64,000 nt of DNA from assembly GCA_964252035.1 (NCBI GenBank), contig OZ176206.1; one strand, given 5' to 3'. Numbering within the stretch: position 1 is the stretch's first letter; every line of letters starts with the position of its first letter. Source of the stretch: Podarcis erhardii (Eukaryota). Positions 24,127 through 36,635 of this stretch are shown one piece after another. The position numbers were made by a program, and so were the translations under genes. The notes below the pieces were generated by a model that saw nothing but the letters and a program-made list of their open reading frames with translations, was not told the DNA's origin and searched no databases.

Positions 24127-24939
24127 CAGATTGACTGCTTGTGCATCTTCTGTTTTGGCCAAGCGGGACCCCCACAAAGGCTCAAAGCCTGGAAAGTACT
24201 TGGGGGCTCAACTGAAATTGCCCAGTGCTAGATGCAGGAAGCCAGTTCCAGGTAGACTGTAAAACAGGGGCAGCTAACTTGTAGGCTTGAAGATGTTGTT
24301 GGACTACAGCACCCACCATCCCTGACCATGGATCATGATGACTGAGGCTGGTGGGAGTTGGAGTGCCAGCAACATCAGGTTAGCTACCCTGGCTGTAAAA
24401 GGAGGAGGAGGACCAGGCTTTTCAGAACCTGGGAGAGCTCCCATACAGGGCTGATATTGATGTGATGGAGTCGGAAGCACAGGTGTGCCTTTCTGTCTCC
24501 AGGCAGAGCCTGTTAACCAGGGAGTGAGCCCCAGCTCCACCCCTGGAACAATAGGTTGTCCTGGCAACTTGTCGCACAACAAGTTGGCTAGGTAGACTCA
24601 GGCCCTGTCTCCAAGGATGTACTGTTGGGTAAGCAGACCCAACCCACTTCTGGGAGTGCCTGCTTGCTTGCCCAGTCCCAACACATGGGATGAGAACCAC
24701 CCAAATGTCTGTGCCCACCTTGCTCTTCAAAAAGGGAGGCCAGGGGGTAAATCTGGTATCATGTACCATACTGTAGAGTCCTGCTTCTGAATTTCTGAGT
24801 CATGCAACCTGCAACCTAAACTATGTTTAAACTATGCAGCAACTTCTGGAATAAAGTCTGGGGGGAATAGTTGAGTTGAGAGTCTGAGTACTGTGTCTGA
24901 GAGTGGGAACCAGGATGCAAGGAGGCAGAGTTCAGCTAA

Positions 24940-25083
24940 AGATTAGGAGAAATGTTTTAATGGCATGGATGGTTTGATGGTAGAATGGGCTGCCATGGGT
25001 GATGGCTGGACTGACATCTGTCAAGGATGCTATGGTTGCTGTGGCAGGGTTGACTAGATCCCCTCCCAACTCTGTGATTCTGT
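24940..25083 (+). mobile_element. Degraded CR1 3' end
   Basis: GATTAGGAGAAATGTTTT...GGTTGACTAGAT...CCCAACTCTGTGATTCTGTGA tail. Confidence 0.55.
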
Positions 25084-26406
25084 GAATTGCCTGAACTGAA
25101 TAAACTTTGTACTGGAAGTGATGTGGAGTAACAAGAACATTATCTGTGTTATGTGAGCGGTGTCTTATTCATGCATGTAAGCCCTCGCCTGAGTGTGACA
25201 CAGAGAGAGCCACACGCAAGCTGTCCCAAGCATCTTGAAGCAAGAGCTAGGCAAAAGTTGAATAAACAAATTGAAACACACAGTTCCACGCCATTAGGAG
25301 TGATGTTAGGAATCCTTTAACCAAGCCACTGGCTGATGGGCACTTCCATTATTTTGGAAGGTTGAGACTACAGAGCAAAATGTATCTAAAAATAGTTCAA
25401 CACTCGTCTCTGTCTTGCTCTGTTCTTTCAAAGATACTTTGCTTTCCTGACTTGATTTTACATAAGACAGTGGTGGTTTTCACTGCATTGCTTGTTTTCG
25501 AAACTATGGAACATTTTGTGATCATGACTCCAACAACTGTTTTATGCTGAGGTTTCCACTAGGGAATGGGAGTTCAGCTGGCACCATAAATTGACAGAAC
25601 AAGCTCCCCACGAGAAAGAGAACTTTCCATTATTTCTCAAGGAAGAGTTTTTAGATCTTTGTGCCATGATCTGTTTTCTGGCATTGTTTCAGAATTGGTT
25701 TCTTCAGAATTATTCTGAAAACATCTTTTTAGCGGTGCGTTGTCCATAATTTGGGGAGTGGGCATGTTTATTTCAGAAAAAAGAGAATTTTGTAGCCTCT
25801 TTTTTGTAATAAAATAAAATGAGGTGTTGGTACCTATGCTTTGATAAATTATAAAATGCCTCTCCCACCCCACTCCTCTACTGAATTTTGGCTTACAATT
25901 TGGTTTGAAAAAAATCCAAGCTGGCTACAACTTTCCATAAGGAAGCTTCTCCTCCCCAGGTCTTCAAACATCCTCTCGTCTTGCCCCCCAAACCTTTAGA
26001 GTGGCTGTAACAGGTAGGCCTAATTGTTCCAAGCAACATGGGACAGGGTGATTTTTTTTTTTAAAAAAAGAAGGATGCTGTCATAGTTTGGGCAAGAGGA
26101 ATATGCTGGCAAGCAAAACATTGTTGTTAAGAGTTAAAAGCTGGTGAGTACCCTCCTAATGCCCCTGGGGTGAAAGAAGTCTAAAGCAGGGTTTCCTCAC
26201 CACAGGCTTGCCAAGTTGTGATGCTCTCTCTGTGTGTCTTTGTGTATAAAATGAGATGTTGATGCTCTGTACCAGCACATATAATCAGATGGAAAGCAGA
26301 GCTTGTAGCAACCCAAAGACTAATAAATGTATTGGCATAACTTTTTGTGGGCATTTCTCAGATGTGTGAAGTGGCATCCTAGGTGGTTAGGGAAGAGGAC
26401 ATGGGG

Positions 26407-27043
26407 TGGGGGTTGTGTGGAGAGAGTCTCCTCCTTTAAATTCCTGGGAGTTTACGTTAGTGAAGACCTCACTTGGAAAAACAATATAACTCAGGTGCTT
26501 AGGAAGCCCCACCAGAGACTCCATTTCCTCAGGGTCTTGCGAAAGAACAATGTTAAACAACAATTGATTACCTCCTTCTACCGGTCAACAATAGAAATTG
26601 TCCTCTCATATTGTATCACAGTGTGGTATGTTGGCTTGACAGCCATGGACAGAAAGTCTTTACAGAGGGTGGTGAACACAGCACATGATATCATGGGCTG
26701 TCCCCTGAGCCCTCTAGATGACATCGCAAGGGATCAATGCCTTAGGAGAGTGAGAAATATTATCAGGAACGATTCACACCCCGGCCAGCACCTTTATAAT
26801 CTTCAACCCTCAGGTAGAAGATATAGAAGTATAATCAGTAGTACCAACAGGCTAAAAAACAGTTTCTATCTGTGGGCTGTTAGGCTGCTGAACAGAACAT
26901 AATATAGTGCAACTTACTTTCGGAGATGGTGTGTTGTGCAACAAGCACACAGAGCGCAATGAGATTGAGTGTTTGTGGGGGGGGGAGGCTCAGTTAATTT
27001 CATTGTACACAGGTTGTACATTGACAATAAAGGTATTATTATT
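26407..27043 (+). mobile_element. Rex1/Babar-clade LINE 3' fragment with open ORF2 C-terminus
   Basis: VERVSSFKFLGVYVSEDLTW...HQRLHFLRVLRK...FYRSTIE..L.YCITVWY...DRKSLQRVV...SHPG..LY.L.PSGRRYRS...TNRLKNSFY.WAVRLLN matches the Rex1-type C-terminus; stop at 26900-26902; 3' end GACAATAAAGG(TAT)n. Confidence 0.85.
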
Positions 27044-27188
27044 AAAGGGGAATAGATAGTGTGATGGGGTTTTTGTTTTTTTAAGCCAAGCAATTCAAGA
27101 GATAGAGGTAGATGCGCCACACTCCTAGGCAGAACTCAAATAGCTACCAGAATCAATCAAAATAGATTAATCCAGGGTTGCCAACATA

Positions 27189-27307
27189 GGGTTGTATCCA
27201 ATGATGCCCTGCTCAAAGTAGACCTGTTGAAATTAATGGATCAAAGTTAGTGATACTCATTAATTACAGTGGGTCTACTCTGAGTAGGACTAGCGTTGCA
27301 TACATCC
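27189..27307. mobile_element. Palindromic MITE (GGTTGTATCCAA family)
   Basis: GGGTTGTATCCAA...TGAAATTAATG...CATTAATTAC...GGGTCTACTCTGAGTAGG...GCATACATCC; ATA on both flanks. Confidence 0.65.
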
Positions 27308-27986
27308 ATAGCATTTATTTATTATCCCGTTCTTCCTCCCAAAGGAGCCCAGGGCAATGTGTATCAACCAATCTATATGTTCTAGCTCAAGTAGTAAGCA
27401 GCTGGACAAAATGCATAAAGGCTTAGGACCTGAGTGTATGTTAAGCACAGCTTAAGTCGTCCGAGATTAAGTATGCTGGACAGTCCTCTTAACAGCATTC
27501 AGGACTTTGTGGCCAACAGGTAGTCAAGGACCTGCGGAAGAGGATGTATGCACTAGAGCTCAGAGGAAATGGAAATTTGACAACGCCTCACACCTACGAC
27601 TGCATGCGATGCTAGCCCTACTCAGAGCAGCCCCAAAGAAATTAATTGACATGGCTATCATAGACCAAATAATTCCAGCAGGGATGCTCTGAGTTGGCTG
27701 CAACCCCATTCTCTCACCTGGAAAGATGTGCAAAATGCTTAATCAAAGCGATCTCTAATTATTGTACAACGAAAATGGTAAACAAAACACAGCTAAAATC
27801 CATACCTTTTTTTTTTTTTAGAAAAAAGAAACTAATATAGTTGAAATAATAATTATTAAAGCAGGAAAGAACAAATCAGTAAAACTTTGCAAATGACTAT
27901 GGGTAACTGGGTAGGCTTGCTGAAATAAATAGATTAAGGTTTCAGCAGGTGTTTAAAAGAACATAGTGTTGGCATCAGTAGCATAT

Positions 27987-28235
27987 GGGAGCCAATGTGG
28001 TGTAGTGGTTAAGAGCAGTGGACTCGTAATCTGGCGAACCGGGTTTGATTTCCTGCTCCTCCACATGCAGCTGCTGGGTGACCTTGGGCTAGTCACACTT
28101 CTCTGAAGTCTCTCAGCCTCACTCACCTCACAGAGTGTTTGTTGTGGGGGAGGGAGGGAAAGGAGATTGTTAGCCACTTTCAGACTCCTTCGGGTAGTGA
28201 TAAAGTAGGATATAAAATCCAAACTCTTCTTCTTC
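27987..28235 (+). mobile_element. Squam3-type SINE, full length
   Basis: Colinear with the 3265 and 32196 copies; (CTT)n tail. Confidence 0.88.
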
Positions 28236-28653
28236 ATTGTTGGGCAGCACCAATCACTTGACCTCCTTTTGGCTGAGTTGCAGCTGTGTGCCAGGATGCG
28301 GTGGAGGGGGAGGCAGTGGCAAATTCAAACGTGCTGTCAGAAGCACCAGATCGGCTTTGCCAGTGCATTTGCAGTATGCCCACCATGCCAGTCACCTCAC
28401 CTCTCCACCTCTCCATTCTAGTATGCACCGGTGACTCAGATGGAGGGAGTACAGTTGAGCGGCTCACTACTGGAGGGTTCCTGCCTGGTATCGGTAGGCA
28501 GGGAACAGAAAAGCCTGCTTGCTGGTCTCTGGTTGGCCCCTGGAGATAACAGGGTTGCTGGGCTAGGTGGGCCTTTGGCCTGATCCAGCAGGCTCTCCTG
28601 CTGTTCTTATGGGACAAGACTATCCCTCAAGTCCCAGTTCACACTCAGTGCAT

Positions 28654-29100
28654 TGCAATATCTGTTGCATTGCTATAAATTTGTGCCGGACTGTGGGAAC
28701 AAGTGTCTGTCTTGGCGTGCGATTTAGCCATTGCTCATCTTCATATATATGCCCGTGTCAGGGGGTCGTGCCAGGGGTGAAGGGGATGGGAAGGGATCTT
28801 GTAGAGTTGAAAAGGTTTTTTAAAAAAGAGGAAGGGGGTGGAGAGAAGAGTGCGCTGGAATGGGCAAAGGAGAGAGAGGTAAAGCCGTCTCAGCAGTAGG
28901 TTAATTGGAGAGCGGAATAGGAGCACAGATAGGAGCATGCAGCTCCCACGGACAATGCGCTAAAGAAGCTAGAGCTGAGAAGAACCAGCCGGGATTGTTA
29001 GTGAATTAACTGAAGTCAGAAACCCCTGAATGGAGCAGAGACGTAAAGGGGAAATGAAGGTTAGGGTATAATTCAGTCTAAATTAGGTGGGCCATTCACA
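28654..29100. mobile_element. Possible solo LTR (447 bp)
   Basis: TG...CA ends with near-matching 6-bp flanks GTGCAT/ATGCAT; composition differs from flanks. Boundary choice is ambiguous. Confidence 0.35.
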
Positions 29101-29500
29101 ATGCATAAAGGGGATGCTGAGCTTCCTTTCTTGGGGGAAAATGGGCAGGAAAGCTTACTTTGTTTGAATTTGGAGCTAGTGGCTGATTTAAAGGATGTAC
29201 TTACCTACAGCCAGGAGCGCTGAAAGCGCATTATCCCAGATGGATTTCGAAGAAGCATTGACAGCAATCTCCCTCCGTGTCATGAACTTGCACAGCAGAC
29301 TTTAGAAGGCAGAAATTAATTCCGTGGTGCAATGAAAGTCTGTAATTCCCTCCCCTTTGCAACCCAGTATAAAATTATTTGGCAACAAGCCTCTTCCTCT
29401 GCATTTAGAACTACTCAGATGCATGTCAGGGGCTCTGGAGTTTGAAAGGGTAAATTTTGTGCTCTCAGGTTGCGTTCCTGCATTGCAATTTACTTGAGAC

Positions 29501-29955
29501 TAAGGGGTGCTCGAGGAATTCAATCTGTGTGCATTTTAATGGGGGAGAGATTTGATTCAGTTCACACTTGAAGGCGAACCTGCATAGTTCGCCCTTTCAG
29601 AAACAAAAATGCAAACCAAAATGTAGCTGTCCTTCAAAATTAGCACTTCTTGGAGTTTTGCAGGGTAGTTCTCCAGCAAACTAATACGTACAAAAATGCA
29701 CATATTTGTGAAAATTACATACAAAATGCATCGCATTAAAGGAAATTGCTTTGCAGAAATTTGGACATTAGACAAGATTGCATGCAAGTATGTGTATATT
29801 AGAACTTGGCATGCATGTCCATGAGGAGTTTTTCTTTTTCTTTAAATGGGTTTGCAAACCCATGCTGAAATGTGGAGAACTAAACTTAATTTTTTTTTTG
29901 GGGGGGGGAATGAGAAATAGAAAGAAACCAAAATTGACAGATTCGCCCATTCCTA
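29501..29955. mobile_element. AT-rich hAT/Ac-like repeat, near complete
   Basis: GATTCAGTTCACACTTGAAGGCGAACC...AAAATTAGCACTTC...ATGTGGAGAAC...CCCATTCCTA end. Confidence 0.55.
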
Positions 29956-30207
29956 ATTCATGTATGGCTTAAATTATTGGATTCTAAGGGATGAAAGCAG
30001 GGATTGTTGTCAAAACAATGCAGGTAGGGTCCCTATTTCAGAGAACAAAATGCCTCATTGGCCTCCACTTTGGAGTGTTTTCCAGACTTCTGGGTTGAGA
30101 TCTGTGCTGCAGAAATGCTGATAGTTATAAGCAGTGCAAACTTTTGTTGTTGTTGTTCAGTCGGTTGACAAAACTGGCTCTGGGAAATGGTTCCTGTTGC
30201 CACCAGC

Positions 30208-30448
30208 AAGATTTGCTTAGAACTGGCATGGGCAGCCTCTGGCTCACAGGCCCAGTTAGCTTTGCTAGGCTTCCCGTGAGACCATCTTGACCAAACCATG
30301 CTCACCTAACCTACACCTGATGTTGTATAGGATGTCAGGTGGAGGGCAGGAGAAGGTATGGCTGGGCCAAAAGGGCTTATTCAAGACACTGGCAGTCAGT
30401 AGGTTTTTAGGTTGCCAGCAAAGTCCTGTGTTAAGACCCTGCAAAGTG
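30208..30448 (+). repeat. ~245-bp segment repeated in direct orientation at 39923-40171
   Basis: CAAGATTTGCTTAGAACTGGCATGGG...GGCTCACAGGCCCAGTTAGCTTTGCTAGGCTTCCC...GTTGCCAGCAAAG...GTTAAGA..CTGCAAAGT present at both sites, roughly 85% identical by eye. Confidence 0.85.
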
Positions 30449-30730
30449 CTTTGTAAGACCTAATGATCAGTTGATGGTTGGATCTCACAAAGCACAAGGC
30501 TATGTGTCTATGTTGACATGGTTTGGTTTCAAGCCATATGGGTAAAAAACAAGTCCTCTGACATCATTGTAATTATGGGTTTTGACAAGTGTCTTGCCCA
30601 CCTCTCCAGTATTGCCCATGGGTGTGGAAGGAATGGGATATATAGGAAACATAGAATCTGATTCATGAGTTTCACTGCCATTGTTTTTGGTATCTGCTAC
30701 TGTATTAACTGACAATATTCACATGGGCCT

Positions 30731-31164
30731 TGTCAGGGAACTACCATCGGAGCCAGAGGGAGAGGGAGGGCTCCAGAGGGATTCTGGAGAGCGTCCCGGG
30801 AGGGAGAGAAGCAGCCCATCTTCTGGGGAAGGAAATCAGCGTAGCACCAGTGGAGAAGGGAGGCAGATGGAGGAATCGGCGAGGTGGCTCCATGACTCCT
30901 CGCCGGAGACCAGCGGGGAGAGCACGGGTCCTCCGTTGCCCACACCCTCCCTGCGCAGAAGGCTTCTGCGCAGGGAGAGTAGGCGGAGACTAGGCGTCAA
31001 AGAGCTTCTTTGCTGGAAGAAGTTCAAGAAACGCCCACTGACGGATTCTGCCAGCGATTCAGGCAGCCACGGGTGAGTGGCTGTCCGGACAGAAAGGGTT
31101 CACTCAGGCAACCCAGCCAGGTGTGGCGCCGATTTACGCACAAGCAACCCCAAGAACCATTACA
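30731..31164. mobile_element. Solo LTR (Gypsy-like), 434 bp, young
   Basis: Starts TGTCA, ends TTACA; perfect 5-bp TSD GGCCT (30726-30730, 31165-31169); CpGs retained. Confidence 0.8.
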
Positions 31165-32195
31165 GGCCTCTTCCCACGGGACTTGCTTGAGGGTTTCGTT
31201 CAACTCATAAATGTGGACTGCACATGATGCATTCACACACACACTCTCTCTCACACACACAACTCAAATCTTTATCCATTTCAAAGGGTTGCATTAGAGC
31301 TGTTCATTTGCAACAAGGCTCAGAAAAGCAAGGAGTCGCTTGGTGACATTGTCTGAGAAATCGCTCAGAGCAGCCTTGCAGGTTTCAAAGTCTGTAAATG
31401 TAAGTTCTGCTTTCATTTCAAGCTAGCAAATGTGACAGGAGTGAGAGACGGGGAAAGTCAAAACAGCAGGAAAGGGGAGGAGGGAGGAGGCAGATCCTTT
31501 GATGAGATTAAAATGCCAGCAGTTTGAAGTGGTGAGCAGGTAGAAGCTTCTGGATGCCTCCCAGTACTCAGAGAGTACTTGAAAGTTTACAAAAGCAAAT
31601 ATACAGAGCAGCTTGATCATAGCATTCTTTTTTCTTCAAAAGTTGCTGCATGCAGGATCTTTGCAGGGTCTAAATTGGAATCGCACAAGAACAGCTCTTT
31701 CTGTGTCTGATGACATTGGAAATGACAGTAAATAAGAAATGATGCACTCTCCCTCATTCATTAGCAGGAAAGATTGGGAAGACTTAGCACAGGGAGGCGG
31801 AACTTAAGATTCAGGGACCAAATGCAGCCCTCAGGGTCTCTTTGTGTGACCCACATCCCTCACCAGCCCTGTGAAGGCTGCACCCTCCTGAAGTGGTTTT
31901 GCCTGGCTGGAATGGGTCCTTGAACTCTGATCATGCCTTTTGCTTGCCTGGTTAGAACAGAGAGAGAGGTACGTCTCAGCCTGGGTAGAAACTAGCCTAG
32001 CACCCAAGTTTTCCTCTGGCCTTGCCCATCACAGGCATGTGGCCCTAAGAAGGTTGCGCAGCAGGGACTTGGGCTACTCCTGTGCTAATGGAAATAGACT
32101 TAGAGGGAGATGGGGAGTTATTTTCTAACATCCCATGCCAACCACTGGGGGGAATGGGTCAGCCTGGAGATGGGACGGCTGGTCCTTGGAACCTT

Positions 32196-32473
32196 GGAGC
32201 CAGTGTAGTGTAGTGGTTAAGAGCGGTAGTCTTGTAATCTGGTGAACCGGGTTTGCTTCCCCGCTCCTCCACATGCAGCTGCTGGGTGACCTTGGGCTAG
32301 TCACACTTCTCTGAAGTCTCTCAGCCCCACTCACCTCACAGAGTGTTTGTTATGGGAGGGGGGGAGGGAAAGGAGAATGTTAGCCGCTTTGAGACTCCTT
32401 AAAGGGAGTGAAAGGCGGGATATAAAATCCAAACTCCCCCTCCTCCCCCTCTTCTTCTTCTTCTTCTTCTTCT
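32196..32473 (+). mobile_element. Squam3-type SINE, full length
   Basis: GGAGCCAGTGTAGTGTAGTGGTTAAGAGCGG head; (CTT)n tail. Confidence 0.88.
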
Positions 32474-32565
32474 GCAAGCAATGGATGTGTTGTGCCACTG
32501 AGACACAGATGCTCTCCAAATACTGAGACAGAGTAATGAATGCAAATGCTACCTTTTGCATAGAT

Positions 32566-32608
32566 GAACGATAGATGATAGCTAGATAGCTAGAGATGAT
32601 AGATAGAT

Positions 32609-32655
<47 letters not shown>

Positions 32656-32679
32656 GATAGATGATAGATAGATAGATGA
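32566..32679. repeat. (GATA)n compound microsatellite
   Basis: Interrupted GATA/GAT run of about 110 bp. Confidence 0.95.
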
Positions 32680-33199
32680 GTTACAGTCTGAAATGAAAAA
32701 TCACTACCCTTTTTCGTTCCGGGGGGGGGGGGAGCTGTATTAATATTACATTAGCAAAAATTGTTAATTTAATATATATATTAGCATATTATCTATTCCC
32801 ACACTTTCAGTCCCAAGTTCTCTTTTAATATATAGCAATCCCAGATTCCAGCTTTTCAATCTTTCTTTATAATGTCCACATTTAAAAACGTTATTGTCAG
32901 TAGAAAAATTGCCATCCGTTACCATAAGTTTCTAACTACATCTATGGTTTCTAGCTACTTTCCCAGGTTTTTGAGCACATGATTCTTGTGAAGGTTAAGA
33001 TATGCAGCACTTGAAAATGATAGCTTATTTGGAAACTTAGATTGTTTGCATGTTCAGTATGCACGACAATCAGTCTGAAAGCAGATATTTCATGTATGAT
33101 TTATGTTACCATATTCCACAAGTTTCTGGCCTCCCATACATGTATACAGCCCCCTTCCTTTCTTCACAAAACCAACATTTGCCATTGTCTTTCCTTCTT

Positions 33200-33745
33200 A
33201 CCAGTTCAGAAAAGGGCAACAAAAATGATCAGTGGGAATGAGTGACTCCTCTATAAGGAAATGTTGCAGAGTTTGGAACTGCTTAGTTTAAAGGAAAGGG
33301 GGAATAATAGGTGACATGATTGGCACATATAAAATGATGCGTGGTGTGGAGAGAGAAATAATCTCTCTCTCTCTCATATGACACTAGAACTTGGGGTTAT
33401 CCAATGCAAAGTATTTCTTCACACTGTGCATAGTTAAAACTGTGGAATTCACTCTCAAGAGGCAGTGGAGACCAGCAACTTGGATGTCTTTGAAAGGGAA
33501 TTAGACAGGTTCATGGAAGAGAAGCCTACCAAGGTCTGCTAACCTAGATGGCTACATTCTGCCTCCACTGTCAGAGGCTGGGTTCTGAATTCCAGTTGCT
33601 TGAGAATGCAAGTTTAAAAAGCACATTTGCACTCAGGTCCCGCTTGCAGGCTTCCCCACAAACATCTGGTTGGCCTCTGTGAGAAAAGAATGCTGGACTA
33701 AATTGGCCTTTAGCTGATCCAGAAGGCACTTTTTATGCTCTTATT
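33200..33745 (+). mobile_element. Old CR1 3' fragment
   Basis: Starts VQKRATKMISG; later TTCTTCACAC...CTGTGGAATTCACT...TTAGACAGGTTCATGG; 3' UTR TCTGGTTGGCCTCTGTGAG...TGCTGGACTA. Confidence 0.75.
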
Positions 33746-34404
33746 ATGACCTCTGTCAATGGATGCAACCATTTTCACATCCCTTCTACTTTGTATATGG
33801 CAGCTCCTCTCATGCAGGGTACAAATTCTTCTCCGGAAAAGCCCTTTGCTTTGTCTTGGCTTCCTTTGAGACCCATTCCACATCCTACCCCACTGCATTC
33901 CATAAGTTGAAGACATTCTACATATTTAGTGACTGTCTTTTTTGACTGTCCAAAGCCGCCTGCTATTCTATCTGATTGAGGAATACCAACGTTCAGAGTT
34001 AGGCAAGATGGTAGTATGAAGGGACCTGAGTTTCCCCTTCTTTTGTAGACAAAGAAAACGTTCTTGCCTGTGAGAGGGCCATAGCCCAGTGGGAGAGTAC
34101 ATGCTTTGGAAAGTCCAAGGTTCAGCCGCTGCCATTGTGACAGACACCCTCACTTAGAATGGGTGCTGCATAACGTGTCTGCTGGATAGGGTGTGTTATT
34201 TGTTAACTCCTCCCTGTATTGCCACAACAGAGGTTCTGGTATTAACTGGTTGTGGTAGCGTTCTTATTTACCAGCAACAAGGTATGACCACTAACCCTGA
34301 GTGTGGATGAGGCACTTGCAAAACAGAACAGGAACTTTATTTGTTTACACTCAAAGAAGTTGTAGCTCAGTGGCTATTTTCGCGAGGCGCAATATAAAGG
34401 GTGC

Positions 34405-34552
34405 GGTGCCAACTTGAATAAAATATGGGGGGGCAGGTAAGCCATGCCTCGCATAAATGATCAAGTGATGTGGTGCATACGCACCATTTGAATGGCAATG
34501 TCCATCAACTTTGGGGGTGGGGAGTGGTCAAAAGATTGGGGGGCCTCCTATG
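34405..34552. mobile_element. hAT-like MITE (same family as 19312), partial
   Basis: GGTGCCAACTTGAATAAAATATGGGGG...TTGAATGGCAATG.CCATC.ACTTTGGGGG. Confidence 0.55.
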
Positions 34553-34594
34553 CATTAGACAATTTTAACAGTGTTGTTTGATAACTGTCTTAAC

Positions 34595-34711
34595 CAGGGC
34601 TTTTTTTTCAATTGGAACTTGCTAGAACTCAGTTCTGACACCTCTCAGGTGGGCACCATTGCCATTATAAGAGAACAAGGGAGGCGTTCTTTTTCTAGAA
34701 AAATAGCACTG
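34595..34711. mobile_element. hAT MITE (CAGGGCTTTTTT family)
   Basis: TIR CAGGGCTTTTTT...AAAAATAGCACTG; perfect 8-bp TSD GTCTTAAC (34587-34594, 34712-34719). Confidence 0.85.
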
Positions 34712-35931
34712 GTCTTAACTCAATACTTTCAAGCTGTCCCTGTTCCAGGATGGCTATTGTTTAACCCTATCTGTAAAACACTTCCAGCTGCTCTCCTAGC
34801 CTTTCCCTCAGATAGATGGTACCTTACCTGGCTCCGAACAATTCCCAGTACTGATGGAGAGCCACTTCACAATCTATTTTCCCTAACACATTAATACCTA
34901 AGTCTGCTAAGATATACAGAGACTCCTTCTGCCCACCCAGAGAGCAAGTCCTTAAATCTAAAACCCAGGTCCTTGTCCAACACACAGGCAATTCTTGCCT
35001 GCTCTGTCAGACAGTCCCAGTCCCTGTCTCACTGTTAACTGTCAGGTTCCAACTCTCCCTCTCTCCTGATTGGTTGATCTACATGCTAGTCCCCGCTAGT
35101 CCCCAAGGCCTGTTGGGAAATACTGCTGCCTGAAACCTTGGAGGGTCACCACCTCTTAAGATACACCAGAGATGGAGGACCTATGCTCCTTCAATGGTGG
35201 ACTGACTATAAGTCCCATCACTCCCAGCTGGCTGGGACTAATGAGAGCCAGAGTCCACCAGTATCCGGATGTCCTCAGGTTCTCCATCCCTGGAGTAGGA
35301 AGACAAACAAATGCTCCTTCCTGCCTTTGTTGTGCTTGCCATTAGACAGGTATGAAATGATACACCCTGGGTGGAGAAATTTCCTGAGGGAAATTGAATT
35401 ATATAGCACAGACAATAATTATGCAGATGAGGATCCCTTCCGTCCATGGTTGGAGTCTTGTAGGCACGGGTAGCTAAGGGGGTACTTGTGTGGCGCATGT
35501 AAGCTCCTCATCCACCGATCCATTCTTCACTAAAAGCTTCCCTGCAGTGGGCAAAATGCATGGAATATTGTAGGAAAAGGAGAAGAGAAGGGGGGTGGAG
35601 GGAAAGACATACAATGGTGTGTGTTTTTTTAAAAAGAGGGGAAAGAAAAAAAGAAAGAAACCTTTGCTCAGCTAAAGGAAAGAGGAAAGTCCGTTAGGTT
35701 TTTTATTAATCCTTATTTCCCTTTTTGGACTGTCAGGTCTGGAGTGACAGTGAAAAAGCTCGTCACGACGTTGGCTAATTTGCGCTCCATTCAGTTTCTC
35801 CTCAAAACCCATCAGGAGGACTGAAGGGTTGCTCGGCAGTTGACCTTATTGAATGGCAGAGTGATATACTGGGAAACAAGCCAGTTTCCACAATGCCCAA
35901 AAGAGCAAATTGGACGGAATCTTTGTTCTAA

Positions 35932-35976
<45 letters not shown>

Positions 35977-36598
35977 CCTTCCCTTCTTTCTATGCCAGGC
36001 CGTGTTGTAGTTAAGCTCCAGCGTTTGTTCCCTCAATCGCATTGGGGCTCAGATCCTCCCTGGGGTGCCATTGCAAGAGGATAGCTGGAGGCCTGGCATT
36101 GCAAGCAGAAGGTGGCTGCCTCAGAAGGACCCGATTGGGGAGAGAATGGGACTTAAGGGGGTTTGAAGACTTTGTCACGACGAGAAAGGGCTGCCATCAA
36201 GCCATCACAGAGGTGCCAAACAACCAATGGGGAAGAGACTTCGGGGACAAAAGATTTACAGAAGTAGTAGGGGGAGAAAAGCCTTGCTCCGATAGTCCTG
36301 ACGAGGCAAGGCCATAATTGCAAGCCGCAGCACCCGCATCCAGACCTGGAATCTTTGCTCTCCTCCGCAGTCCTTAAGCTTCTTTGGGTCAAGCTTGCTT
36401 CATGGGGATTGGGGAAAGTTTTCAGCACCGGGGGCCACATTCCCTTCTGGGAAACTTTCCAGGGGCCACAAGCCTGGGTTGGGGGGAGAGGGGAAGCAGA
36501 ACCAGAACAAAATCAGCAAAACAATGAATGTAATTGTTACCTTTGCAGCTAGTTTACACACATACACACACACCAACATTTCTCTGATGGAAATACGG

Positions 36599-36599
36599 A

Positions 36600-36635
<36 letters not shown>

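Noticed and set aside
30681-31076. 131-aa Glu/Arg/Ser-rich ORF
   Set aside because: Lies almost entirely within a TSD-bounded solo LTR; reflects purine-rich composition.
34136-35100. Possible LTR interrupting a tRNA-derived SINE
   Set aside because: TGTGA start and a split SINE are visible, but no matching end or TSD could be fixed.
36006-36402. Possible solo LTR
   Set aside because: TG...CA candidates lack a matching TSD.
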